A DNA stretch of 64,000 bases from Felis catus (GCF_018350175.1 NC_058368.1:131752001-131816000); one strand, 5' to 3'. Numbered from the stretch's first letter, positions 1 to 14,433 are shown. The notes: generated from the sequence alone by a model not told the origin. A program made the numbers and translations.

Positions 1-1017
1 TGGGGGGAGGGCAGCTTAAACAGTGACTATTAAAAGTAGGTTAATAATTGTTAAATGTAGGGTTCTATAAGAGAAAACCTCTTAAAATTACAAAATAACA
101 CACTGACAAATGAAACTCAAATCAAACTGCCTCCTCACATGAGGACCAGTCTCTTTTTCCTCTCCTTATATATGGAGAATTTCAGGGAAGGGGGTGGGGT
201 GGGGCGGGGGACGCTCAGAAATCAGCGTCTGGGCTGTGAGGATACAGTAACCTTGTCTCACTTCTGTCTCCCTCCCCGTGACCAAAGCAAGACCCAGAGC
301 CCTTAGGAGCTGGGAAAGAGTCTTCTCTCAGCTCAAGTCATGAGGGTTACACGGTAAGACACGCTTTCAGAGGCACATTTCTATCATTGGTTGGTGACAG
401 CGGCCACTTCCCGATGAAGGGCTATTTATTTGTCTTCCCACCCAGTAGGGGCTGTGAGAAGGGAGAGGAGGTGACTGGGGACTTGTGATTTACCTCTGTT
501 AGTGGAGTCCCTTAAGGCTGGCTGGGTTCCTTAACTCTGCACTGGTTTAGTTGTATTCTTCACCCCGGGGGCACGAACTCTTCGATTATCTTTGCATGGT
601 GATGCTCACCTCAAAGAAGAAGGATGTAAATCAGCCATATCCACTGGGCCATGAGCCAGGAGCTTTTGTAGTTTATTCATGGGCCAGAATGTTCACCCAG
701 TATGTTCAGGTCTTAGATCAAATCTGACGGTTCTTTCCACATCAGATTCTGTCTTCTGGTTCTACCCTACAGCTTCTTCAGGAAGAAAGCCTGTTCTTGG
801 CCAGGGACCCTTCCTTTAGCAGTAGCTGACATTGAGAGTCCCAGCATGGATCCCAGCAAGTCCATTCTCTTAGGTGAGGGGGTACTCTGGGGATACTTCT
901 GAACTTTATAAACAAAAATATAAATATAAAAAGTAAATAATATGTAACTTTATGCATATACAATAGACATGGATAGTGTATACACACATACAAAAAACAT
1001 ACTTCATAGTATACACA

Positions 1018-1144
1018 GGGACGCCTGGGTGGCTCAGTTGATTAAACATCCAACTCTTGGTTTCCACTCAGGTCATGATCTCGCAGTGTCATTAGTTCAA
1101 GACCCACATCAGGCTCCACGCTGAGAGCGTGGAGGCTGCTTGGG

Positions 1145-1193
<49 letters not shown>

Positions 1194-1219
1194 ATAAATA
1201 AATAAACTTAAAAAAAAAA
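1018..1219 (+). mobile_element. CAN-SINE (tRNA-derived carnivore SINE)
   Basis: GGGACGCCTGGGTGGCTCAG head, (CT)n tract, A-rich tail, TSD-like AGTATACA. Confidence 0.92.
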
Positions 1220-1329
1220 GAGTATACAGATGCATATCCTTTCACAAATCATTGGAGGGGGCCAGGAGCAGAAAAGGAGGTATGGTTCACCAGTTAAGGC
1301 TTTTAAGAAACACAGCAGGGGTTACATTC

Positions 1330-1445
1330 CTACTCTGCCTCTTGCTAACCACTGGACCTTAACTTCTCTGTTCCTCAGTTTACTCATCTCTGAAGAGGAG
1401 CAAACCCTGAGGCTTAAGTGACATAAGACATGTGAAGCGGTCATG
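1330..1445 (+). mobile_element. MIR fragment
   Basis: CTTAACTTCTCTGTTCCTCAGTTTACTCATCTCTGAA resembles the MIR core. Confidence 0.55.
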
Positions 1446-1700
1446 ACAGCAACTGGGACATGAAGAATGGTCACTAGGTGGTAACCGTTAGCATTCGTTT
1501 TGTGTGGATGTGGTGGGGATCTTGTCATGGGAGGTAATGAGGAGGTATTGTAAGGCCACACAGGGGAGTAAGGACGGTGTTAGATAACTTCCTAACCTAC
1601 ATTGCTGATGGGGTTCACCACCATTCCCCATGGCACTGTAGCATTCCACATTAATGGTGCTTCACAGCTGCTGTCTGATGTCTGATGCTGCTGCTGACTT

Positions 1701-1702
1701 TT

Positions 1703-1758
<56 letters not shown>

Positions 1759-1773
1759 TTCTTTCTTTCTTTC
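1701..1773. repeat. (TTTC)n microsatellite
   Basis: Seen directly. Confidence 0.95.
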
Positions 1774-2209
1774 AACACTTGGGATGGTTTATTTCTTCTG
1801 AGACTCTGGCAGATACACACATGAACTTGTATTTACAAAACTAAAAATAATCCACTAATAGAGGTAAATCACAAGTCCCCAGTCACCTCCTTTCCCTTCT
1901 CACACTCCCTACTGTATGTGGTTATGTAAATTACATCTTTTTTGAGTGCCTATTGGTTACTCCATTCCCTAGAGGAAGTCACAGTTATTAGCAGGTGTCT
2001 ATCCTTACAGAATTAAAAATTTTTTAAAAATGTATATGCATATATGTACATACTCATATATTGTAGAGTATGCTTACCTAATGAACACATAGTGAAATAA
2101 TGTAGTGTAAACATAACTGTGTATTAGCATTTAAAGTCATTTTTCTCTTTTCTAAGAAAATTGATTTCTTCCATTTTCAAATATTAACTAGAATTAGATC
2201 CCAGTTCTT

Positions 2210-3495
2210 TGTTTTTAATTTTTAAAAATTTAAATCCAAGTTAGTTTACATATAGTGTAATCACGATTTTAGGAACAGAATTTAGTGATTTGTCACTTAT
2301 ATAAAGCACCCAGTGATCATCCTTAATGCCCCTCGCCCATTTAGCCCACCCCCCAACCCAACACCCTGCCAGCAAACCTCACTTTGTTCCCTGTGTTTAA
2401 GGGTCTCTTATGGTTTGTCTCCCTCTCTGTTTTTATCTTATTTTTGTTTCCCTTCCTTTATGTTCCTCTGTTTTGTTTCTAAATTACACATATAAGTGAA
2501 ATCATATGATACTTGTCTTTCTCTGACTGACTTATTTCACTTAGCTTAATACCCTCTAGTTCCATTCATGTTGGTGCAATGGCAAGATTTCATTCTTTCT
2601 GAACACTGAGTAATATTCCACTATATATATCATATATATGCCACATATATACCACATCTTCTTTATTTATTCATCCCTCGATGAACATTTCCATTATGAG
2701 GCTATTTTTGATAGTGCTGCTATACACATTGGGGTGCATGTGCCCCTTCGAATCAGCATCTTTGTATCCTTTGGATAAATGCCCAGTAGTGCAATTGCTG
2801 GGTAGTAGGGAAGTTCTATTTTTAATTTTTTCAGGAACCTCCATACTGCCCAGAGTGGCTGCACCAGTTTGCATTCCCACCAGTTGTGCAAAAAGTTCAT
2901 CTTTCTCCACATCCTCAACAACATCTGTTGTTGCCTGAATTATTTATTTTAGTCATTCTGACAGGTATGAGGTGATAGCTCATTGTGGTTTGATTTGTGT
3001 TTCCCTGATGATGAGTGATGTTGAGCATCTTTTCATGTGACTGTTAGCCATCTAGATGTCTTCTTTGGAAAAGTGTCTATTCATGTCTTTTGCCCATTTC
3101 TTCACTGGAGTATTTGTTTTTGGGTGTTGAGTTTGATAAGTTCTTTATAAATTTTGGATACTAACCCTTTATCTGATATGTCATTTTTGCAAATATCTTC
3201 TCCCATTCCATCAGTTGCCTTTTACTTTTGCTGATTGTTTCCTTCGCTGTGCAGAAGCTTTTTATCTTGATGAGGTCCCAATAGTTCATTTTTGCTTTTG
3301 TTTCCCTTGCCTCCGGAGACATGTCAAATAAAAAGTTGCTGCAGCCAAGGTCAAAGAGTTTGCTGCCTGTTTCCTCCTCTAGGATTTTGGTGGCTTCCTG
3401 TCTTAGGTTTAGGTCTTCCATCGATTTTGAGTTTACTTTTGTGTATGGTTAAGAAAGAAGTCCAGGTTCATTCTTCTGCATGTCACTTTCCCATT
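2210..3495 (-). mobile_element. 5'-truncated LINE-1 (carnivore-type 3' UTR plus ORF2 C-terminus)
   Basis: Minus ORFs 3161-3421 (AKMNYWDLIKIKSFCTAKETI..EWEKIFA) and 2694-2924 ([19 protein letters not shown]) are L1 ORF2p C-terminal sequence, broken by frameshifts. Confidence 0.93.
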
Positions 3496-3824
3496 GATGC
3501 TGCTGTTTCTGACTTCTGTGTGTCAGCTATAAAATCAGTCACAAGGCTTTCAGTCTAATGTGAGGTTTATTAAAGGCACAGCTATTTACTGTTGTCAATT
3601 GCACTGGAAGCTTTGTTAAAACTCATGTCGCTGAGCTCCCAATTAAAGCTCCCTAACCAGGACTTACGGCACAAGAATCAGTAGCCACGTCACAGTGTTT
3701 CCTGCTCCAACCCTCCAAACCACGCTATGACCAGACAGCAGGGTTTGCATCATCAGTTCCCTCAAATGGCATAATGTTCCTTTTCTTGTAAAACTTCTTC
3801 TAGAGGAATATCCAAGGGGCATAG

Positions 3825-4560
3825 TATTTGTTAAGATACCTCTGATTCTAAGAAACAGGAAACCCAACTCAAAGAGGTTTAGACAATCAGGCAATAAGGG
3901 TAATTAATTGGCTTCTAACAGAAACCTCATGCCAGTGAGTCAATGTGGAGAATTAACCCAGTTTCTTTCTGCCCCTTAGCTCTGCCACCTGCTTTTCAAA
4001 TTCTGTTCTCTCTAGGAATTGTCCTATTCTAGCAGTTTCAGGGGGCTGGATGGTGAGAGAATCCTGTAACTGGACTTTAGATGAAGATTTCAAGACAAAG
4101 AAGAAATTCAAGGTATCTCCTGGATGGAAATATACATGAAGATGTTCCCAAGGGAGGAAGAAGACTGACTTGCCACAGCAGGAGAGCATGTTAGAGATGG
4201 TCTAGAGAGCAATGAAGTTGGGACAGTAGAGTGGCATTGATTACAGTGGGTTTGGAAATAAGGATCTATTGAAGGCTTTTGAGCAAAGCTCTCATCTGGA
4301 CTCTTCATTTTTCCCACAGCCAAGTCAGCTTCATTTGAACCCTTGTCTTGCTTTTACCCAATAGCCAGATGGTTGCTATTCCCAATCTCCCTCCGTTTTT
4401 TCCATCATGCAAGTTATGGGTGAACTGGGCTGGGCTGGAGATCAGCGGTAAGAAACAACACTCACCTCTGAGACATACCAAATGACATTGTCCTACTGAT
4501 GGAGTATACCAGTAGCTCTCAACCCTATTCAAACGCAGTGTCCACCATTTTGTAAGATAT
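3825..4560. mobile_element. Old MaLR (MLT1-type) LTR remnant
   Basis: TGTTAAGATAC..CTAAGAAACAGGAAACCCAACTCAAA start resembles old MLT1 LTRs; very diverged. Confidence 0.4.
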
Positions 4561-4631
4561 TTCTCTCTAATTCTCCCTTTGCTATTTTGAAATGAAACTT
4601 CTATATAGTATGATGGATCTACATACCCAAT

Positions 4632-5032
4632 TGTATGGGATGAATTGTATCCCCCAAAATCATATGACCAAGTCTTAACACCCAGTACCTCAGAATATGA
4701 CCCTATTTGGAGATAAGGTCTTTAAAAAGGTAATTAGGTTAAAATGAGGTCATAAGTGCAGGCCCTAATTACGACTGGTGTCCTTCTAAGATGAGGAAAT
4801 TTGGACACAGATACATACACTGAGAAGACAATGTGAAGACCCAGGGAGAAGATGGTCAGCGAGAAGCCAAGGACAGAGGCCTAGAACAGATCCTTCCCTC
4901 ACAGGCTTGGGAAGAAACAACACTGCCAACACCTTGATCTCAGATTTCTGGCTTCTGTGAAAATAGTATCTCTACTGTTTAAGCCACTCAGTCTGTGGTA
5001 CTTTGTTATAGTGGCCCTAGAAAACTAATACA
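4632..5032 (+). mobile_element. MaLR solo LTR (MLT1A/B/C-like)
   Basis: Starts TGTATGGGATGAATTGTATCCCCCAAAAT and ends CAGTCTGTGGTACTTTGTTATAGTGGCCCTAGAAAACTAATACA (TG..CA). Confidence 0.88.
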
Positions 5033-5057
5033 AAATATATAATGGTCCTAGCAAACT

Positions 5058-5243
5058 AATATTATATATATATTATATAATATTAGTATTATAATATTAT
5101 AATATATATTATATATTATATATTATATATTTATATTTATATATATTTATATATAATAATATAATTTATATTATTTATATTTATATTTATATTTATATTT
5201 ATATTTATATTTATATTTATATTTATATATATAATATATATAA
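5058..5243. repeat. AT-only low-complexity / (TATATT)n repeat
   Basis: Seen directly; explains the NINININ ORF. Confidence 0.95.
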
Positions 5244-5639
5244 AGAAGAAATAAATGGAATGCACATATAATGGAATACAAATTTCCATGTAGACGTGCT
5301 CAAGCACAACTGTACCAAGAAACATAACATTTACACCAATAATGTACCCACAACAGCTATAATTCCTTTGCAGAGCGACAGCACAAATGAAGGCAGGCAC
5401 AGACCGTGTGCAGTATTGGCAATTCAAATACAAAATCTTGAGCAACATTACCATTGGTACCTGATTTTCTGAAAGAGTGAAAAACGCCTGGTTAAGTTCC
5501 AAACAAAACAGCAAACGACCATTCCCTCAAATTACATGGTTGTTATGTTCCTGGAAAGCTCAACAGATACATTGTATTTTACTTGCAACATAGGAACAGG
5601 TTCTAGATGGGATGAGTATAAATACAGTTTTCATCTCTG

Positions 5640-5845
5640 TGAATGTCCTGGGGAACACTGGAAAATCAGACAGTTCTCCATCTTTCTGTAGATGTGGCAG
5701 GAGGTCAGGACGTCTAGCATCCCTGGCCTATATCCCTCGTAGCCAGGAGGGCACTCAGTCATCATGACAACCAAAACTGTCCCCTTCTTTCCAGAATATT
5801 CCCTAAATATTCCCTAAAGGGGAGTATCACCTTCGTTGAGAACAG
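5640..5845. mobile_element. MER20-like hAT DNA transposon remnant
   Basis: AGCATCCCTGGCC..TGACAACCAAAA..GTTGAGAAC end resembles the MER20 family. Confidence 0.5.
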
Positions 5846-6739
5846 ATGAGATATAAGAAAAAATAAAAAGTATAATTTATGGCAATCTTTCGCTGCTGGG
5901 CCAGCCCCACTCCTACTGGCTGCCAGAGCCCCTCCTGCCCGGAGACCGAGAGCTGGGGACTCCATCACAGGGGACCGCGCAGCAGGCAAATCAAGCAAGC
6001 AATATGCATCTTCTGACTGGTGTTGTTGAAAAGCCTTCGTCTTGTCACTGCTCTGAAGCCTCGTGTGTTAAAATGCTCTTTTCTTTACTTGAACTTCAGA
6101 GGCCTGGAGGTACTCCAAGCTCGGTAGAGTGTGGCAGCTGGGGGCATGCCTTTCTGCCTGTGTGTTTTCATGTGTCTATGGTGTGTATTTCAGGGTGGAA
6201 AAGGACCAAGGTGCTGCTGTGGTTACAGAGGCATCAAGGGGCCAGAGCACAGCCCCAGAGAATCATTCTGACAAGTTCTACGGTTCATTTCCCTGCTCCT
6301 GTTTCTCAACTACTGACAGTTCAGCCCTGGGGAAAATCACATGGCCCGACCAGTTGGTTCCATGAGAAAGCTAGAACTTCTAACCAAAACTGGGCCCTCA
6401 GGGAGGTGCCCAGTCCTTGGGATCCACTCTGTTACCTGGACATGGTTCCCAGTGTTCTCTCTCCATCTCTTCCATTCTCCTCGTCACACACATTCCACCT
6501 CGGTGTCTCGTGCTCCAGGAAAACTTCAGTATATCTTATTGAGACGATCCACATCGCTGTCCAAAAGAACTGTCAATATTTTCATCTCAAAATTTCTTTT
6601 CCTCTTGCATAAGGGGAAGAAAAGTCCGCTCGTGGGGCCTACAGCGCCTCCTAACGGAACATGCTCCATTGGTCAACGATCAGTTTTTGCCCTTCGATTG
6701 CCTTCTCTTTCAATTGCCTTGCCTTTGCCTGAAGATGTG

Positions 6740-7060
6740 CTGTATGAGTTAGAATCCTTTGGGTGCAAGTAGTAGAAATCTACTTGAATGCACTTCAGCC
6801 AGAAAGGGGATTTTATTCTAAGGAGTCAGGAATGTCCCCAAAATCACAGTGATAGGAATATAGGTGGATCTCAGGAAACGACTTGCACAGAATTGCAAAA
6901 CCATTAACGTTCTTTCCACCCTTCTTTGCACCTTCCCCCTGCTTCATTTTGTCTTGTGCCCTAGCCTCCTGTGGATTCCTGTCCCCAGGGAAGAATCCCA
7001 ATTCCAGGACAGAGAAATTAACTGGCTTAGCATAGATCAGGTCCAATCGCCTGGCCAACT
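6740..7060. mobile_element. Old MLT1-type LTR remnant
   Basis: TGTATGAGTTAGAATCCTTTGGGTGCAAGTAGTAGAAATC..TTTATT pattern. Confidence 0.45.
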
Positions 7061-7860
7061 TTCAGCTAACATGGCTTAACAGAGACAAGATTAACCCTCC
7101 TGCCTGAAAAAAAAACTAAGCACAGAGAGTAGAGAAACGATAGGTTTTGAACATGGTTATCATGTAGTGCAGGACAATGATGCAACCCCACAGCAGAGAA
7201 ACAGATAGGGTAAGCCTTATGATTGCACCCAGCATGCTGTCTGGAGAGTTTCCAGACTGCAGCAGCAGGAGCAGCCCCAGGTAGAGCCCAGAGGTTTCCC
7301 TAAGGTCAGAAGACCTAGCTGGGAATACAGGAGGTCATGGTGGCTTGAGGTAGCAGAAGAGAATAGAGAGCTAGAGAGAGAGAGAAAGGCAGAGAGATAA
7401 AACTGGATCACTGGAGGTTCTCCTTGAGTCCTCAGCTGGGTACTGATCAGCACACGGCTGTCAGGAGATAACTGGAAACCAGGAAAAGAGCCACGTAAAA
7501 GGAGCAGAGGGAACACTCCTTTGAGCTGTCACGAGGCCTGGAATGGTTTGTTTCCACTGGTTGGAATGGTAAGTCTCATAATTCACAAGGTATTGAGTAG
7601 AGTGCTCGGAAGAGCATCACCCCAGTGATGGGGGAAAAATTCAGTCCTCAGATCTGCTCTGGTTCTCTCAACAAAGGTTAAAAGCAAATTCTAAAGGCTC
7701 CAATTGTGTCCATGTTACTTAACTGCGTTCCAGAGCAAGGCTCAAGAATATTTCTGGGAATACAAAATTACTCAGCACCCAACAAGGTCAAGTTCATAAT
7801 TCTGACATCCAATCAACCCTCTGGCCAAAGGAAAGAAGCAGAAAATGAAGAGGAAGGAAC
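7060..7860 (+). mobile_element. Ancient L1M 5' region fragment
   Basis: CCAGAGCAAGGCTCAAGAATATTT..CACCCAACAAGGTCAAGTTCATAATTCTGACATCCAATC resembles L1M 5'UTR/ORF1 start. Confidence 0.5.
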
Positions 7861-8559
7861 ACTGTTCTATCTCACAAATTCTATGAACGTTCAGTCACCT
7901 CCTCTCCCTTCTTAAGGCTATTACTGTTTTCTTCTTTGCACACCAAGATATTGTTTGGCTTATTACAACAGGCATCCATTACTACTGTTATTTTAAAAGG
8001 CTTTGTGAACAAATGAATCACTAAATGAGAATGCCAGACAAAAAGGGAACAAGAGAAATCTCTGCAGCACTTTAAAACTGACGAAGGTCTCTTTCTCCTG
8101 ATTTCCTTTGCTTTCTCCTCTTTCTGCCTGTCTCTGCAGAAACTCCTCACTGTCTTTACCTGAATCTCTTGCCTGCCCTTCTTCTCTTTGTAGGCTGTTT
8201 AACAGAATACACAATGCACGGCTAGATTGTTGGTGAAAAATTTTGTCTCTGGCTTTTATTTTTTTAATTGCCAAATTTTAATATTTCACGTGTGCTTCTC
8301 AGAGAAGACAGATTAAGCCTGACCACCACCTCCTCCCTGGTAGCTGAGTGACTTTTGTTTCTGCCCACTATGCAGCTCCCTGGGTCGGTGGCCGAGGAGG
8401 GGTAAAGGCTCCCCCGGTCCTGCTCTGTCTGCCTGGAACCCAGCTGCCCTGTCCTTGGGCAGACAGAATGGCAACTTGGGCTGCATCTGCCCAGATGGCA
8501 GACATATGACACCTCCACTCTTCCTTTGGATGAAATCTCTGGCATAGAGTGGGGCCAAC

Positions 8560-9480
<921 letters not shown>

Positions 9481-9649
9481 CTGGCAGAGAGAAGATACGC
9501 AGATAACTTACGGTTTTCATTTCTTTTTGATTTGTTTGGGCATTTGGTGCAATTGACTAGAAAGGGGGCTACTCTGGGACTCATTTTAAGGTATTAACCA
9601 AAGATTGGAATACTTCAAGTCTCTTTGAATGTGAGAAGGAATCAAAAAG

Positions 9650-9651
<2 letters not shown>

Positions 9652-9691
<40 letters not shown>
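9652..9691. repeat. (GT)n microsatellite in SHISAL2B intron 1
   Basis: About 20 perfect GT units. Confidence 0.97.
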
Positions 9692-9694
<3 letters not shown>

Positions 9695-11710
9695 GCTATT
9701 GGAACTTTATAATTTGCTCTTTTCAGATAATCTGACACTGACCCCGAACCGAACTGGAGACCCACAGACAGGGAAAGTTTTACTTGCTATAATACATCCT
9801 GTGTAGAACCTTATCAGGGCACCCCTTTCTTAACGCCTGAGCGACTTGGCCGTTGCTTCGAAAGACCAGAGACTCTCTAAGGTCGGGTTTTTCTTGCCTG
9901 TTTCCTGTGATGGGAATTTTACTTATTCCACCTAGTTTTTATGCAGATATCTTCATTGTGAAACCCCCCCCCCCCTTTCTACTCCAAAAGACTGCATCCT
10001 TTGACCTCCATTCTTTCATTCTGCCTGGAGAATGTATGTCTCCAAACCCACCTTCACTTGTGTCTCACAAACCAATTAGCTTATACCTGACAAGAGAGAG
10101 ACTCTGCTAGTAAGCCGGAAGAGTGTTATTTCTCTAATTCTCTAGCATGATCCAGAATTTGTCATACAGGCCAAGTCTACAGCAAATGACCATAAATGCT
10201 ATTTCTCGAGGCAGTAAAATGATTTTTTAAGCGTATTGCAAGTTTCAAAAAAAAAAATCTCAAAACGGGGGTCGCCTACCGATAAGCTCATCTAACAACA
10301 TTGTATTGTTGTGTCATAGTGGGGCATAATCTCAGAAAATGACAGCTTAGCCTTAGTATTTGGAGAAGTAATCAGTACTGCTTTGGCATATTATCTGGCC
10401 TTTTGGAAAATAACACAGTAACCTGGCTCTGAGTTTCTGGAAGTGTTAATAATGGTGGCAGACCCCCAAGAGAGACTGGCGACTCTTAAGTCAAACTCAG
10501 GTGGAAAAGTTCCTGGGGTTCTCAGATCCCTGAATAGTCCCAAAGTGACGGGCAGCAGAGGATAGAAAACCTTCCTAAGGTTTATGAGGGCACCAGGAAT
10601 GAATACCTTGCTGGGGTCTTCATTCAGCACGGACAAAATGGACAGTGTAGCTCAGTTCCTAGAAAATATAAAAATCATTTCAGCTGATGGCATCAGTTGG
10701 CAATGTTAAACCCGGGGTTCTCGTCAGCGTTTGAGCTCTGAGAACACAACGGGGAGGTAAAAATTCAGAGCTGCACTCCCCTCATATTCTTCGTTCTCCA
10801 CCCTAATTTAAAATAGTCCAATCGCAAAAACTGTTCCCGAAGTCACTAGCGTTTGTTCTGAGATTCTGCAGCTGCTGGAGAAAGGCCCAGTACAGCTACT
10901 CCCAGGTAAGCAAAGTTACGAAGCAGGAGGACTGCAGTGTTAATGTGACGACAGCCTCAGACCCTCTCTCAGGGACTGGAAAGCAAACTGCCATAACGTT
11001 CTGCAGGGAAAGTAGAATTCTCCCTTTTCTGTGTCCGGCCCACTCCCATCTTTTCTCCCCTTACAAGTCCCTGCCCTCTTAGAGTTTCCTTTGGTAACCT
11101 TCTTCAGGACCTAGGAAGACAATACGTATTGCACAGGGCAACGCATGAGTTCAGTAAGTATTTGTCAAAATGAATACTGTACGAGATTCCTAGAGTCCCA
11201 TCTTTATCTAGATAAAGCAACATTTCTATAACGTGGAACTGTGATACAAACTGTTTGTCAAGATAACGAAGAACCTTCCTTTATTGTAATGGAAAGCAGA
11301 AAATAGCATTTTTTTTTCTTCCAGTAATGCAGCTGGTGTTTTAAACTGTGTGCATTAAAAGCTCACGACATGCATGTTGAATTTAATTAAATTGACAGTG
11401 TTACTTTTAAATTGACTGAAGTACTTTTTCACTTTGAAGATCTTGTTTTTTAATAACCCGCCTTCTCATTTCAGGAATCTCTCTGGATGTCTGGCAGCCC
11501 AGCTGCCTTGTGCAGCAGATAATGTTAATTAAGTGGATTATGGTCCCACGTGTCTGTGCATAGTCCTAACCCTCCCTGACGTGTATAATCTACAAAAGTC
11601 AACTTTGGTGCAAACAAACCCGAAAGAGGAGTTGCCAGAGCCAGGGAGCCTGACCCTTGGAAGAGAGTGCACCAACTGAGGGCAAACTTTGATTTAAATA
11701 TCCAACTGTA

Positions 11711-11918
11711 GGGGCGCCTGGGTGGCTCAGGCCATTAAGCATCTGACTCTTGGTTTCAGCTCAGGTCATGATCTCAGGAGATTGAGCCCCACATTGGTGT
11801 CTGTGCTGAAAGCACAGAGCCTGATTGGGATTTTCTCTCCCTCTCTCTGGCCCTCACCCTCTCTCGCTTTCTCACCCTCTCTCTCCAAATAAATAAATAC
11901 ATAAAAACTTAAAATAAA
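11711..11918 (+). mobile_element. CAN-SINE
   Basis: GGGGCGCCTGGGTGGCTCAG head, CT tract, A tail. Confidence 0.92.
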
Positions 11919-12291
11919 GATATACAGCTGTGTGCTGACTCTAGCCACAGAATTTCCAGTTTTCACTGTGTGCAAGGTTAGGGGAACTGGGCTGACATTA
12001 CTAACCTAAGCACAAGCATCTTTGGGAGCCTAACTCCGTATCTATGGCCAAGGAGGCAATCTCTAAATTGCAGGGGTGTTTTATCTTCTAAAATCAAGGA
12101 TACAGGGGATGAGCTTAGCCCCTCACTTTTTAATTCTATTCTCCTTTCCAGAGCCCTAACACACCTAGCATCCCTGGTCACATTCTCCCTTCCCTCCCTT
12201 TGGTACGTGTCAAACTTGTCAGGGCCTCATCTCTAGCAAATAGTGAAAGCCTGCAGTCAAGCAAGGCATATAATGAAGAAAAAGATCTTCA

Positions 12292-12357
12292 TTGGCCTGG
12301 GAACAGCTGTCCTTGTTCTACTTGCCTTGTCATCAGCATCTGTGTTCTTTGCTACTT
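12292..12357 (+). pseudogene. Decayed partial duplicate of SHISAL2B exon 2 within intron 1
   Basis: Manual alignment to 13398-13464 gives 62/67 identities (4 substitutions, one 1-nt deletion). Confidence 0.85.
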
Positions 12358-13267
12358 TTCAATGACCATTTCAATGATAATTGCTTTTCAGTTACTAAAA
12401 GTGGATCAACCACCAGTCAATTATTATTTGCTTCTATTTACTATCACTTACTTCTATTTACTACAAGCTAAGTACTCTAATCAGCCCTTTCAATATGTAT
12501 GCCCAACACTATGGGAAGGTCAACAGAAGTATGTGCTCTTGAGCAACTTAACATTTTCTGTGTATATACTTATGTACCCAGACAAACATCTGGTTCAGGA
12601 AAGTTAAGTACATATGTTTTGCTTATGAGTCTTTCAGGATGATGTTTTTTCCAAGCTCCTTTCCCCGTTTAAAAATATTAAGTTCATAGGTTTATGAAAA
12701 CTGCTATTTCTCAAATGCTTACTCTTATAGATAATTGTATTAGAAGGAATTATTACAAAATTAGTACAGAGAAAATTATAAGACATACCCTTTATTTTTA
12801 GAGGAAAGCACAAGGGTTCCTTCCTTAATGCTAGAAGCCACTGTGTTATGCTTGTTCAGAAAGGAAAAACTCAGGCTAAACATGAACTTGATATAGATTT
12901 CATAAATACTGCTTTCCTCTCATTAAACATTCTCCTCTTTTGTAAGAGTTGTGGTTTTATATATTAGTGCTGTCTTCCATACGTGTCTCTGAAAGTTCTA
13001 CATCTCCGGTAAACATTTGCTTCACTAATTTGCGGACGTCAGTATTTTTCTATTCGTCTTTATTGTTGAACACCATTTTTCCTCCTAAAATATATTGAAA
13101 GGTTTATTGCTTGAGATACTTTTGAACTAGCCCTAAAGAATCATGTGACCTTTCATGTGTCATATGGATTCACGTGGTATACTATACTTATGTTAACATA
13201 TCAACGGGAAGAGAAAATCTAAGAATTTGATGAAAGAAAAAGGGGACATTTTTACTCTTTAGACTAA

Positions 13268-13624
<357 letters not shown>

Positions 13625-14293
13625 TAACAATGAATGCTTCTTAAAAACTCAATTTATTACATGCCTTTATAAAAATTCACATGAAATTAGACCTTAATGA
13701 TGCCCTATCTTCAAGAAACTGTGCCAAAGGAAAAAGTGTGGCAGGATGTAAATGTTCTCATGAACAAGAATACACTGGCCCAACAAATCCACTCTACTAT
13801 AGTTAAGTCTCATTCAGTTATGAAGGTTTTATCCCCTTGGAGATTTTACATTTTGTTTTTGATAGAGCCACAGAAGTCAAAAAGAGGAACAAAAAATGCG
13901 ATAATTAATTCTTAGGGTTGGGTTGCTCCAGACTGGTTAGTCAGTGGTCAGTTAAGCATTTACCAGGGTGCCTGTGGTGTGCAGAATTAGGAAGAGGCAT
14001 ATAAAATACGTCAGAGGCACACAAAGGAATAGAAAAATAAATAGAAGACAGTCTTTGTTCTTGAATAGGCTACGAACTAAGATACACATGTGTGTATGTG
14101 TGTGTGTGGATAGAATGACTATAAAGTAGAAAGAAATTTTTATGTATAGTTTGTGGAAACGGGTCTAACTATCTCAATTATAAAGTGCCACACAGATGCT
14201 AATTGTTTGCATTATAAAATTCAATCAGAAAGAACTGATATAATTTTTGTGAATATACATTTCTATTAGTGTATTTAAAAAGTAGTAATCATA

Positions 14294-14433
14294 GGGGTAC
14301 CTGAGTGGCTCAGTCGGTTGATTGTCCGACTTTGGCTCACACCATGATCTCATAGTTCATGGCCTCGAGCCTGCTTCAGATTCTGTCCATTTGTGGTCTC
14401 TCTCTCTCTCAAAAATAAATAAACATTAAAAAA
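14294..14433 (+). mobile_element. CAN-SINE with internal deletions
   Basis: Head and tail present; TSD-like TAGTAATCATA/TAGCAATCATA. Confidence 0.85.

Noticed and set aside
500..890. Possible retrocopy or LTR with minus-strand AATAAA near 675
   Set aside because: No ORF, poly(A) tail, TSD or consensus match that I can recognise.
5137..5514. ORF with NINININ repeat
   Set aside because: Translation of the (TATATT)n simple repeat.
6004..6772. 202-aa and 143-aa plus-strand ORFs
   Set aside because: No recognisable homology or splice structure. A de novo ORF cannot be excluded, but nothing supports it.
11711..11800. tRNA-like A/B boxes
   Set aside because: These are SINE heads; no cloverleaf tRNA gene was found in the window.
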